From Paraspadella gotoi (lineage: Eukaryota; Animalia; Chaetognatha), in NCBI GenBank assembly GCA_051294375.1, contig CM119269.1, positions 18,240,410-18,304,409 of the forward strand: 64,000 nt of DNA. Reading direction: 5' to 3'. The position numbers were made by a program, and so were the translations under genes. Below, one piece after another: positions 10,101 to 23,476 of this stretch. The notes beneath the pieces are model-generated. The model ran no database searches and was not told the origin of the DNA. It saw only the letters and a list, made by a program, of their open reading frames with translations. Each line of letters starts with the position of its first letter. The stretch's first letter is position 1.

Positions 10101-12142
10101 TTTTCCAAATCGAGCAGCTCCAAATTCGGCAGATGGTCGAAGGCGTTTGCCTCAATGGTGTGAATCTGATTGTGGCCGAGCAAAACCTCGGAGAGCCACG
10201 ACAAATTTCTAAAGACGCCAGATGTAAGGATCGTCAGGTCGTTTCCGGTCAGATCCATCCCTTCTAGGTTCGCAGGAAATACTCCGCTCTTCAAGCTTTT
10301 TATTAAGTTATTACTTAAAAATACAAACTTTATTGTAGGCGACGGTTTGAAAGTTTCCCGATTTAACCGAGGGAGTTTGCAGCCTATGCAGCTGAGAGTC
10401 ACCATCGTTTCAGAGTAAATAGCTATCTTGGAGACGTCGGTGTATTTCGCCTCAAGGGAGTCCACTTCTATACGACCTTCTAATGAGCCAAGTGGGTTTT
10501 CATCGAGGACCAACCTTTTCAACTTCGAGTTGGAAAGAGACGAAAAGTTTGTGAGTTGATTCTTGTCCATAAACAGAGTAGAGCCTGAGAAAGAAGTCAA
10601 GAGAATTTATTTGAGTCATGATAAATAGTGCGTGTGGAATTTTACGATATAAAAATCATTTCCACCTGGTGGGAGTTTGGTTAAAATTGAATCGTCGTCC
10701 ACGACCTCGAGACCAGCGTCTCTAATAGTGACTTCCATAGTTTTGTTAAATCTCGCGTCCTGCCACAATCTCGGGAGGAGGCCGTCCTTGAATCCAATTC
10801 CTTTGAACGAAACTTGCCCAACTACTTTGATCGTGTGCAGGCTAAAAGATTAAGCAAAATACATTTATATGTATTTATAGACTATCATAATTATATATGT
10901 ATAATAACATCGGAGAAGTATCAAGCCACCGAAAACAAATCGGAACGGAAGCTCGGGCGATCTCCGCGGAAATGAAATCGACGAATCCTGATTGGAACCG
11001 GAATCGACCAATCAGCTTGCAGAATCATCGGAACTGTAATTTTTACCCTTAGTATAAATAGACCTAGCTTGTTCTACTTCTAGTTTCAGTCTCACCGTCA
11101 CCTTTATTCTCAGAATAAAATCCCATCTTGATTATCATAATTTGTGTGGAAACTAATAAAGAACATCAGTCAGGATATGATGCGATTATTTTGGTTTTGC
11201 TAACCTCCCCAAGTTGGCCGTCAAGACGATATCTTGCGCTACTTTTAAATTCGCTCCATTTATAGTCAAACTCGTCAACCAAGGAGCATCCAATATCCAA
11301 GGCTCCGTCAGCTGCACCCAACACTCTGACCCTCTGCCGTGCGAATTGATATCCAGGAATGAGAGACGCTTCGTCGAATTGGCCGATAGAGGGACGATCG
11401 TAGAGTTACACTCCGTTTTTATGGCAACTCCGACGAAAAACATCTAGTCGGAATTATGTGCGTTTTATTTCGAATTCAACATGGTTGATTAGCTACAGAC
11501 AATAACATCAAGCAACTAGTTATAAACAAAAAAAAACAGTAATAATTGTTATGAGTTAGTGATAGAACCGTTCAATATAAGCAGTCCCTGAGCTTCGGAT
11601 CCGGCTGTAACACCGTGTTACAGGCGGGTTAGGCGACCCGTCCCTCTTAACTGCAAGGCGACCACCGAGCTAGAATCCCGGACCTTTGGGTTGGGAGGCG
11701 AAAGACTTGCCTCCTGCACCAAAGGGCCCTGATGATCGGTTGGAGGATTTTAGTCCACCATAACGGGATAATTAATTAAATAGTAGAGAAATGAATTATT
11801 CAGAGGACAGTGTTTTTCGACAAATAGATCTTGGTAATTAAATTTTTTCAGCAATGTTAGATAACACTACTAACAGTGCATATAACTGTATTTAGTGGCT
11901 GTTGAGTGTTGAGAATACAGCTAACACTACCTATATCCGGACACATTCCCGATCCAACTTCCCTCGCACTCACTTACGACTCCGCGGTTGATCAACACCG
12001 CCTCGAGTTCAAACAACTCGTCGCCGCCGGAAAAGCAGTGGAGGACGAAGCTGCAGCGGACGTGGCTGACGTAGCAGGAGGCGCGGACTGCTGAGGCGAG
12101 GAAAAGGAGTAGGAGGACGAGGCGTACAAAAATCAGCGCCAT
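7115..12142 (-). CDS. Toll-like receptor, multiple-cysteine-cluster (Toll/protostome) type: signal peptide, LRRs, internal LRRCT/LRRNT, LRRCT, TM and TIR, ~1057 aa
   Basis: Phase-consistent exons 11978-12142 (MALIFVRLVLLLLFLASAVRA signal peptide), 11205-11443, 10666-10841, 9790-10584 (LxxLxLxxN repeats, e.g. LPNLELLDLENNKI), 7788-9127 (CDADCEC LRRNT, GNPFKCSC LRRCT, TM LTFLIVGIGLVIAAISLVIV, TIR box1 YDVYFSY) and 7115-7573 (end of TIR plus tail). Total 3174 nt with no frameshift. Confidence 0.92.
11590..11728 (-). mobile_element. Possible degenerate tRNA-derived SINE head in TLR intron 1
   Basis: The minus strand reads GGCCCTTTGGTGCAGGAGGCAAGTCTTTCGCCTCCCAACCCAAAGGTCCGGGATTCTAGCTCGGTGGTCGCC, with tRNA-like spacing of a degenerate A box and B box. 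It is a GC-rich island in an AT-rich intron. Confidence 0.35.
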
Positions 12143-12797
12143 CCTACATTTACGGTTTTAAAATGGAGAAACGAAAAAAAAAACCTTTTTGTTTTCAATT
12201 CGGTTGTTCTTGGTTTTTAGAGTCAGCGAGGAGTCATCGAATCTTTTCACCTTTGAACCCGGATCTTTCGTTATCAAAAAAAATAAGATTTAAAAATTAA
12301 CAAATAAAACCGATCAAGTTTAGACCGAAACAATCAACGGCTCGCATTCTAAGCCGCCGCAACGTCGCCTCTCGAAAACAAAGACGAGGCTTTTAGCGCC
12401 AGTCTCCGTTCTCCGCTCCGCCGCCAAAGGTTTTGCAACGGCCCAAATGGAGAGAGAGGAATTGGGGAAGCAAAAAGAAAGAAAAACAATAATGAAAGAG
12501 TAAGATATTACATGAGTCCAAATCAGGAAGCAATATAGCTATTATTAAATGAATGGGAGCATAATTTCATAATTGGCTTAGAACCAATTTCATAATTATT
12601 GAATCAAACATTTTTTCTTTTTACACATCCATTCCAAAAATTTTAGAATTTTTAAGCATTCTTTCTCAATAAGAAAAGCTTTGAAGAATCCTCTGCAACA
12701 ATAATATGAATTGAGAAAAAAAACATTTAATCCTAGAGAGTGAATAAAGTCAGCGCAGCGAATTTTAATTCCGTTTTGTTTGTTTATTATACTTGAA

Positions 12798-14319
12798 TTA
12801 ATTCCGAACAACGGGTGATTTTGTTAACGACAATTGAACTTTGTCGGAAAAGATTTTGTTCATCGCCCACGTATGGTTATTTGTCATATTCGCAATATCA
12901 TACTTAGGGTGATATGTAGCAAAAAAAAAACTTGTTAAGAGACAAGAGAATTAAGGATTTTTTTAAATGATCATGATGCAAAGTATTTTAATAAAATATA
13001 GTAATAATATTAGTAGGTATATCACACATGTAAAAAACTCTCCAACCAGTCCGGAAAAAAAACATTAATTTAACGTGCCCTAGAATATCATAAAATGACA
13101 AATAAGCCCAAAGTAAACGTGATACTGATAATGGCTCGGCAAATTCGGACGTCACAGCGTGGACGGATGCGAGTAAGGCTTGAAAATTGGAGAAGACTCC
13201 TGGTGGGGAGACCTATGGTCGAAGCCAAACTTGGTAAAAATGGAAAAAATAAAAGGGGAAACCTCCGAATGGCGTGCGATTTTGTCATGTATGAGCTGAA
13301 GATCTGATCCTGTGGTACTAAAATAACGATTGAAGCGAAGAAATCTCTTGAAGAACCTGTTAGCTGGAAATTTAAATTCTGGCTATCCAAAATCCGATTT
13401 GAGTGTGAAAGTTTAGGATTTTTTAAGAATATTAGTAATAAAATGATAGCCGAGAGAGTACACCGGGAAAATTAACAATGAAAAAATTAATTTTCTGATA
13501 AATTATGATTTCACTGGTGATACGTTTTTTCATGATTGACCATATGAAAAATTTTCATACGCTCTACTGACGCCCCAAGAAGGAAGGCGATCAACATAAC
13601 CAAAAAGTGAGAGACATACTTCAGTTATTCTGGACAATTACTCGCAGCTAAAACGAGTATGTTGAGACTAAAGAAAACTAAATTATTAATTCAACCCCAA
13701 AAGCTTCAGCTGTTTTTTAGAGCGACAGACGGAGAGCAAAGCGGGAGGTCCCTCTAACACTTTGGTAACCAAAAAACTGCTATACAAAACTTTCTCTATC
13801 CTGGGCAAAGACTAAATTAAAGACAATCAGTAATAATTATCGTAATAAAATACGTCGCTCTCTCCGACCTAAATATTTACATCGTAATAGACACCTACAA
13901 CAGATCTTTATATTATTTGTTTTTGCTCTGTGTGTGTCATATTTCTGCAGCAGTTTCCAAGCCTGGGAAGCTGTACAAAAACCACACACAAAAACAGAAA
14001 CAGACTGTATATGTAAATATGCAATGTAAATATGTAATGAGGTAGGAACGATGCCGCCGTGTTTTATTTTGAATTGAAGTAGAGAGAGATAAGAGAAGAA
14101 CATTTAGGTTATTTTAAACATCATAAAGAGTGTTACGAGAAGAGAGCAACGATGCCGCTACTGATACTACCGGGCACAATGTCGCTAAAAACAAAAAACA
14201 GCCCGATTTGACTGAAGCCATTTTGCGGGTTTTTTGGAAATAATAAAATTTCAGTTTTCTCTTAGAGGATGTCAACCATACTGTATTTTAGCCTCGCGAG
14301 TAAGATTTGCGAGAATAAT
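12798..14319 (-). CDS. Putative multi-exon protein-coding gene of unknown function (5' end not resolved)
   Basis: Chain of 8 phase-compatible GT-AG exons: 14277-14319, 14137-14184, 13895-13970, 13696-13800, 13541-13629, 13263-13378, 13126-13212, 12798-12902 (TAA). Several introns are 50-94 nt, like those of the neighbouring genes. Gives ~220 aa ending ...HSEVSPPGVFSNFQALLASVHAVTSEFAEPLSYDIANMTNNHTWAMNKIFSDKVQLSLTKSPVVRN*. No family recognised; the splice sites were chosen by eye. Confidence 0.45.
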
Positions 14320-17300
14320 CTGGAAAAGTATGTAATCTACTTTTTGGGCTGATGTTTGCCAAATCGGTCACTTTGGTCAGGTAGAGCGCTAGTTGAAAAT
14401 TTTGTTCTCAATGGTCAATCCGATTGAAAAACGCGTTATCGATACACCAGTGGAATATTAATTATGCAAAGAAAAATTGAATATTTTGATTGTTCAATGT
14501 GTTCGTCCCATAGCCTTTTCGAGAGTAGTATTTATATACTTAAATATTCTTAAGATAAATCCTTTGTAATTTTTCAAAATGGATGTTGATAGGGCAGATT
14601 TAAAAATCCTCATCTACAAGTTAGAAAGCTGATATAAAACGAAAAAGAGAAGCAAAATAAGTTTAATAACGCATAATAAAGTTTTTTTTCTGGCAACACA
14701 AAAAAGAGAGAGAGAGACAGGATTGAACAGATGAGCCAAAACTAATAAAATGCCAAAGAGCCCAAACAAATGTGATGCGGTTTCCCCCTTTTTTTTCTTC
14801 CGAGTTTTTCATAGTTTTTTCCATGTCATGAAGTCGCTTGGACAGTTAGGCCCCCCGAGTTCTTCATTTAAGCCTTCTCCGGTCCACTTGCTGTGAGCGG
14901 GTCGAATTTCGAGCAGCTTCACGGCATGTTCAATTAAAGCTAAATTTAAAAAAGCGTATTTAACTGTGGCTTGCCGGTATTTGTCCTAGGTCTAGGGATA
15001 CATATTTTTAGGCCTATAAGTTTTTTCCTTTCGCACGACCTGGGCCACTACGCTGTGGGCAAGGATGAGTTTTCTTTTTTTAATGTTGGAGTGCTCTAAT
15101 AGTATATAATTCATATTTATAACTTATATAAGTTATTATATTTGTACCCGATGATCATTTTAGATTTGCAAAAGAAAAATCCTTAATACTCTGGTAAGCT
15201 TAACCAAAGTTTATTTGTATCTGTAATATTCGAAGAGCGTTATAAGAGTAATGAGGTATATGGCAATAAAAAAAAATAACCCGTCGGTGAAATTACAAAA
15301 TTATGCGCATGCTCAATTCTTGGAATAAATGATTATATTGATTAGATAGAGAACAAAAGTTGTGCTGCAACAAAAATTGCCGTGGGATCTTTTAGCACGG
15401 ATAACACTCATTATCGATAATTATATTTCAAGAAATTATATTAAAAATGAAAATGAACTCCTAATTAATTAGTTAATTAATAATTAAGGGTGATCGAACG
15501 CCATTGTGTTTTTGTTAGGTCTGAGGGTCTTCTTTTCGTTGACTGTCCACGACGAAAGCAACGGACGCAAGCCAAATAATGATCGAAGTCTTTGCATTTA
15601 TTGTTAATTTGGTGGAATAGATTAATGAAAAATATATATTTTAATTCAATTATTTTGGATTATTTGAATATAATGAATTACTTGGTGAATTAATTATAGT
15701 TTGGATCTATATTTCAATATTTTGATTGTATGATAATCATCTTTGTCATGTACTAATTTTTAATTTATAAATATATAATATATAAAAAGAGGCAATATAA
15801 TCATTTTATATTCAATGATGTTGAAACTATTGTTGTTGGTCTCTTCCATTTATTTAAACATCATCACGGGCGGGTACTTGATTGATCCATCGAAACCTAA
15901 TCCTAGCTTATATCACACACTTTGTTACGCCGATCATATAACAAGAAATTTTCTATCACTATCAAGGTATCTAATAATCTATTGAGTATAGAATTTGTGT
16001 CAGACCTCACGTTCAAAGCTTTAAGGCACAACCGGGGAACGCCACAGTATCAGTACAAGGCATAATCTAATAAGTATTTATAGTTAATTGCATATTTTAT
16101 CATAATTCGTATGTCCTTGCTGACTATCTGATTTAGTTAAGCTATACGACAAGATGTTGAGGGACTAGGGCCGGCGAAAGCCGACAGATATATATAGAAG
16201 CCGGAAGGATTTCTGTACTAAGCAGAAATCCGGATAAAAATATTTTGTTTTATTAGAATGAAGCCTCTTATCTTTCACGACTAGATGTTTAGCCTTATCG
16301 TGAACTTAACAACGTGTCGCTCCTCTAAGACCCGTTGCCACAATAGCGCGCTTGGCCGTTTCGGCGCGCCCGTTTCACTGTTGCCATCCTACGCGCGACT
16401 TCGTTTTCGGTGGCCGCCCCCCAACGATGCTCGCGAAATAAGACGCCCGCTTTTCTCTTTTTTTCTGGCTTTCCTTTCTACCTCTCCTCAATTCTCGAAT
16501 TACGAAACGGCCGAAATGTACCCGCGCACACGTCATAGTCCNNNNNNNNNNNNNNNNNNNNNNNNNACAGGTGCAGAGCGAATTGCGGTGTCATCATCGT
16601 CGCCGCTTGAATTTCGTCTGGAAAACATGAGTGGCGATTCGCGGGCGGTAATTGTATTTGTGAATGACGTTATTAGATCGAATGTTGTCTTCATTGTTCA
16701 ATGTTCATTGTTGTGTTCAATGTAGTTAAGAATTACCTGTGGCAGTCCTTAAAACAATGAGTCGCACAGCAGTTTTTAAAGGCGGTAATAACTGAACTGA
16801 ATATAAAAATGAAGCCGACTCAATTCAATCAGGATTGTTCCACAGATAACAAATAATTGACAATAATCGTAAAGGGGTGCTATTTAACCAATACTACCAT
16901 AATAAATAACATTTCATCATAAAATATAGCCAGTATTTATCGTAATCTTTGTCCGAGCGTAAGGCCGTAAGCTGAGAAATCAATCAATAAAAATAAAACG
17001 GAACGACGCCACCCTTTTTGCAAACAGTCCAAGTCAACTGACTGAATCCTTTTTAGTTTTTCTCGTTCTCACTGATTTTTTTCTTCATTTTTTTAACATT
17101 TTGTTTGCAATGACTTTTTTTTTCTTTTTCGCGGCAAAAGAAGAATTAGCACCTTTCCCAGTGACTCTTCCCGACTTTCCTGCCAACTTGGATTTTTTTA
17201 AATTTTTTACAACCGTTTAACTTTAAGGTTGAAACTTTTAGGGTTTTTTTTTTTCAGTTTCTTTTAAATTCTTACACGTTCAAAGAGTTTCTGTAAATAA

Positions 17301-17761
17301 TTTTAAAGAAAATGAAGGGTGTTTTTGTGACTCCCAGACCCTCTTTCTCTCTCGCACTCGCACTCTCCCTCTAATTAAGAGTACTTGAAATAAAAAAAAA
17401 TATGCTTCTATAAATGTCATTCATTGAAAAATTGCAAGATTTTAATTCTATCGAGGTAACTTTTTATTCTTAAGAATATGACGGAAAAGTATAATTTAAA
17501 AAAATATTTTTTATATATCGGTATCGTAAAGTAATATCGTCAAATGAATAAGTTTGAAATAACTAAAGATACTTAAAAACTATCTTCATTTCGTGATGAC
17601 TCTCTAGAGATCGTCAGTAATAATAGTAGTGAGGGGTCTCTCTTTTCAGAAGACAAAAACCTTTGTATAGAAATGAAAGATAAAAAAAAGAAATAGGATT
17701 CGTGTAGTTTCGCCAAATCCGTCAGTCCCCTCTCGCTACCTCTCATCTACAATTCTCTCTC

Positions 17762-17817
<56 letters not shown>

Positions 17818-17940
17818 TCTCTCTCTCCGCGACGGGGAGGCCTTTTCCTCTATCCTCCCACTCATCATACCAACGGGGGATGAGACATGATCAGAATTCG
17901 ACCCAAGCCTCTTCCTCCAATTCTTGACACACTTTTCACG

Positions 17941-18025
<85 letters not shown>

Positions 18026-21000
18026 GTCGCTCACACTCTCACCAGGGGAATAGATCCTCATAAAGACCCTCCAAGAAAATCGAATATCGAAATGGACATG
18101 NNNNNNNNNNNNNNNNNNNNNNNNNNNNNNNNNNNNNNNNNNNNNNNNNNNNNNNNNNNNNNNNNNNNNNNNNNNNNNNNNNNNNNNNNNNNNNNNNNNN
18201 NNNNNNNNNNNNNNNNNNNNNNNNNNNNNNNNNNNNNNNNNNNNNNNNNNNNNNNNNNNNNNNNNNNNNNNNNNNNNNNNNNNNNNNNNNNNNNNNNNNN
18301 NNNNNNNNNNNNNNNNNNNNNNNNNNNNNNNNNNNNNNNNNNNNNNNNNNNNNNNNNNNNNNNNNNNNNNNNNNNNNNTTTGTGAGAATTTTTGAGTAGA
18401 AATACAAAAACTAAGCTTTATCAAACTTGATCCAAGGAGAGTTCTGGACAAGAACTCTTATTTAAAAATTCTATTGGCAAAAGGTACCACTTATTATTAT
18501 TTTCATATTTTTTCATAATGTCAGACTCGGATATGGGAAAAAAACTCGACAAAAATTTGGAAAAGGTCAGAGACTGGTAAGCGAAGTAGTCCCAACGCCG
18601 ATAGCAAAAGCCATCTTGTTCCATTACTGATTCCTTATTTCTCCTTTTTTTTCTTCTTTTTCTTTTTTCTGTTTTCCCCTTTTTTTTATTTCTCTCTATT
18701 CCCGGTTATAGATGTCGTAAAGTTGAGAGCTTATCCGAGATGTCTACGGTAAGGGAGGTAGGGGAATAAAGGGGCGGAGACGTTAACATTAATTAATTAA
18801 TATTAATTAATTAAATTCGAAAGGAAGGTTTGCTGGATGGGGAAAAAAAAGCGAGGGTTTTGCGATGCGATCCGCAGACAGAGACCTGACATAAATATGG
18901 CAGCGGAAAATCATTCGCTCGAATCGAAAAGATTGAATTCGAATTGATAACCTCTTCTTTGACAAAGGGAACGGATAATTAACGTATAAAACTGCGTATA
19001 TGTCGCCGTTTAGATCTGCATAATTCACGAAAAATGTTTATCTGAGTCAAATTTAAAACTTTTCGTTCTCGATAAATTCTCTTTTTTCTTTATCTTTTTG
19101 ACTTTTTTTATTCTTCTGATTAATTCTTTTCGGCTTTTTTTCTCGTTTTACTTCAATTCCTTCTTAATATTGTTTTTGTTTCTCTCTTCCTTCCTCCATT
19201 TCCTTTTTTTTTCTTTCTCACTTTCCTTTCCTCTATTCCTCCATCTATTTTCTATCCGCTTCCTCCGATTTTCACGCCACTCGCGTCAGCGACTCAGTCG
19301 TCACGTGCCTCTCGGACGATGACTCTCGTTCGTATTGTCGCCCGTGCACAGGGTCAAAAGTGTAAGCACGCACGAAAAAAAGGCGTACGTGTCAAAAGTT
19401 CAAAGGAAAATGGTTGTCTGCTCAATCTACAACCACGACTCTCGTGGGGGAAAAAACAGATGCAGGTTTTGAGAGATGTTGATTAAGGGGATAAGCATTT
19501 CTAATAATTCTGATAATTCTAATAATTCTAATAGATCTGACAGGGTGCGTTGTATGTGATTATTGCGATTTTGTGTCATCTATTCCAAGCGGTAACAAAG
19601 CGTGGATTCGATTCCTTGCTATTATTTCTTTCTTTCTTTTCTTTCTTTCTTTCTTTCTTTCTTTCTTTTCCTTTCTTTCTTTCTCTCCTTTACTCATTTA
19701 CTTCTTCATTCTTATTTCTGATCTTTCGTTTCTTCTCTTTCTTTATCTAATCTTTCCATCTTTTTTCTCCGTCTCGTTCACGCTTAACCGCGAAGCCAAC
19801 GCGTGTTTCACATGACCTTAATCGCTGTTGGCGGATGAAAATGGGAACGGTCCTAGGGAGGTGGAGTACCTATTGCTAGGTGAGAACGAAGGAACTCAAC
19901 AGAAAGAGAGAGAAAGAGAGAGAGAGCAGAGACGACACACGATACGATCGACGAGAGAGAGAGAGGAGCAGAGAGCCTCACTCCCGAATGCGAACACATA
20001 ACACCCGAACGAGGGGGGAAGAGAATGACCACGAAATCGTCGTGCAGCTCACTGCCACATCCATTCAGACACATCGCCAGCGCTACGAGATCGACGATAC
20101 ACTGACTACACATACGAAGAGATGATACCTCCATGCAACCAAGTGGTGATCGCATCATGAGATCAGCTATACACATAGTCATACACGACTACTCTAGTCT
20201 TCTAACACAATATAAGTAGTAGCATGATCATGCTGCGATATGCGCAAGTGAATGAGAGATCACTCTCTCTGCGTGCTCTGTCACTTNNNNNNNNNNNNNN
20301 NNNNNNNNNNNTTCTTACTTTCTTTCTCTCTTTACTCTTTACTATCTTCATTCTTATTTTCGTATCTTTCTTTCTTCTTTCTTTCTTAATCTATCTTTCC
20401 ATCTTTTTTCCGTCTCGTTCACGCTTAACCGCGAAGCCAACGCGGTTTCACGATGACGTTTAATCGCTGTGGCGAGTGAAAAAGGGAACGGGTCCTGGGA
20501 GGGGAGTACCTATTCTAGGTGAGAACGAAGGAACTCACAACAGAAAGGGAGAGAAAAGGATGACGACGAGAGAGACGATGATGAGAGAGAAAAGAGAGAG
20601 GAGAGAGAGAGAGAGAGAGAAGGAGAGAGAGGAGGAGAGGACTAATGGCAACAGAAATGTCGGTGAGGTGGCGCAATAGCATGGAGTTTCATATGGGAAG
20701 ATTTCCTTTGGAACGAAGAGTGACTGAGGGGAGAGGAATAGAAAGGAGAGAGAGAGAGAGATGAGAGATGAGGAGAGAGAAATAAAGAGAGATGCGAGGA
20801 TGACGACGGGTGAGATCGAGGAGAGAGAGAGAGAGAGGAAGAGACGAGGGATGGAGAAAACAGGCGGAAAGTTCAAGGATTAGGATCGAGTTTAACAAGA
20901 GAAGCCATTCGAAACCGACACCAGCGAGATTACCAACAAGAAACCAAGCGATAATCTTCTTCGCGCATGAAGTGGAGTATTGATTGAAAACCTCGGATGT

Positions 21001-22114
21001 TTATTTAAATGTGCATTGCTAAAATTAAATATAGAGGCACTTTCGCTTTCTATCTGTGTTTCATTCCAAATTTTCTCTCACATTCATCAATCAAGTCGTA
21101 ACTAGCGAAATAATCAAAACGATCGAACAATACGAAATGAAAGGTACAAACGAGGTTGAACGTTACGAACTTATAAAGGTAGGAAGGAAGAGAAAGAAGG
21201 AAGAAAGGAAAGTGAGAAATGGAAAGAAGAAAAGGATAGGAAGGAAGTAGGAAGAATGGACGAGGACGAAGGAAATGCGGAGGAAGGGAAGGAAGGAAGG
21301 AAGGAAGGAAGGATGGAAGGGAAGGAGAGGAAGGAAGGAAGGAAGAAGGAAGGAAGGTAGGAGGAAAAAGAGTAATGAGATTGAATGAGATGATAAATGA
21401 TTGAATGATATGAATGAAGAATGGAATGATGGATGAGATGAATGGAATATGAGACTGAGAATAGAAGAATGATATGAATGAATGAATGGAATGAATGAAT
21501 GAATGAATGAATGAATGTAAATTTTCTGTCACACCCTGAAAAGTAATCAAAAAATATCACCCGCTGTTGTCCCCGCTCATCTCACCGAATATGAAAAAAA
21601 AAGCGAATTTAATATTTTTCCGCTTAATTAGATTTTCTCCACGCCTGGAATCGACTACCGGCGCCGCATCTTTGTCCCCGGATTCCTTCGTTCACGGCGT
21701 CGAGAAAGCGGCGTCGACGCCGGCTCTCGTCATCTCGACGACGCTAATCTTCGCGCCCCGTTGCGTCGTCGTCACCGGCTTCTCGGCGTCACGCCTCATT
21801 ACCCGATACCCCAGCACCTTTTTTTTTTCTCGGCGACACGGCTCATATCCCGTCCTGGGTTTTCCCGAGCGCTTAAGCGCCGGGTTCGTATTCCGACGCC
21901 ATAATCCGACGCCGAGCGAAGTTCATTGTCGAGTTTTTACTCTTTGTTTACGACTCCCGCCTCCTCTGCTCTCTTCTTCCTCTTTTTCCTCCCTCCTCCT
22001 AATCCGCTTCTCCGAACCCGCGACGACCAAAAACTAATTTGCATTTATCGTTCTCCGGTTAGCGAGACGCTCGTTGTCTTCTTCGTTCGATGATCGCGAA
22101 ATCTCGGGTTCAAG

Positions 22115-23441
22115 ATGGCGCTTTCGATCGGAGAGATTAACCAGAATACATTGCGCGAGGTACATACTAACATTCTGCTTCACTTAGATGTATTTGGCAA
22201 TTTTATGTTAATTTCACAGACATATACGTTTACAGTTTTTCGTTTTACTTTTACCAGTTTTAGTGTAATTATTACCTAGATAAACTTGATATTTGAGCGC
22301 CATATCGCCACCACTTATATCATTATATATCACACATATCCAATTCCCTCGCATTTCTTGCATTGCCGTCCCAATTTCCATCACATTTTTAAATCGCGTT
22401 TCTACAACTACTTCCTTGTTTATCAACATTATCCTTATTTCCTTCACCTCTGTCCCCGATTCCATCTTCCCTCCTTCCCCGCAAATTCCATCTTATTTCC
22501 CCTCACCTCTGTCCCCGATTCCATCTTATTTTTAAATCGCACTTGCACCACATCTTCCCTCCTTCCCCGCAGATTCCATCTTATTTCCCCTCCCCTCTGT
22601 CCTCGATTCCATCTTCCCTCCTTCCCTGCAGATTCCATCTTATTTCCCCTCACCTCTGTCCCCATTTCCACGAGATTTGATCGCGGTTCCATTATCGCTT
22701 CCCCGTCGAGGCGAAGAAGAAGAGCGTCCATTAACATTTTCCTGGTTCGTGGGAAGCGCAAGAATTTCCCTCTCGCCAAATTGGTTTCCGGCCAAACGAA
22801 AAAAAAAAGTTTGGTCTCTCGCCATCTCCCGCCTCTTTCGCCATCGAGCGTCTTCTTTTCTTTGGTCCGGCCGTCGCTTCACCAGTCGCCCTCTTTTTTT
22901 TTTTTACAAGTATTAGTATTTTGTATTAATCTGTATTAGTATGTTTCCTACTAATTTCCTACGCTTTTGTATTGTTTTAAATACTTTCATATCGTTTTTC
23001 TTATTATTCTGTATGGTTTTGCTGTATATTTTTATAATGTTTTCCTTTTCTTTAAAGGGTTCCTTTAATACTTTCGTATTGTTTTCCCTTAAGTTCCTTT
23101 TTTTAATTCTTTTAAAGCTTGTCTCATCGCCCTCCTCTTCCGAGTGGCTTCTCATTTCCGGGCCTCCACTTCTCTTCTTCCCTCAATTTTCGAAAAGGAA
23201 CAGTTTTTTCTCTCGGTCAGTCTCAAAAATGACAATTCGACGCAAGGGTCAAATATTTTGGTAGGAAAACTGGAAAAGGAAAAAAGAAAAGGCACAGACA
23301 GGTTGACGCTTATGGAGCTTTTGTTTTTGCCACTCCATTGCACTGCACTTTGCTAGTAAAGTAGCCGCACACCACACTAAGAAACTTGACCCATCGCTTT
23401 TGACTCACCTGGACTCGAGTTAAGGCGAGAGCGGAGAGAGA

Positions 23442-23476
<35 letters not shown>

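Noticed and set aside
10930-11152. Two possible extra TLR mini-exons (11096-11152 and 10930-11033)
   Set aside because: Their phases do not fit; the exon ending at 11205 splices directly and in frame to 10841 (TANLG-S-LHTIK).
16150-16200. Possible ribozyme (GGCGAAAGCC hairpin)
   Set aside because: Only a small GNRA-type stem-loop; no hammerhead CUGANGA core or HDV pseudoknot could be built.
19680-20548. Direct repeat resembling paired LTRs (19680-19910 vs 20320-20548)
   Set aside because: The copies flank a 25-N gap, differ by read-type indels and have no TG..CA ends or internal ORF; this is gap overfill.
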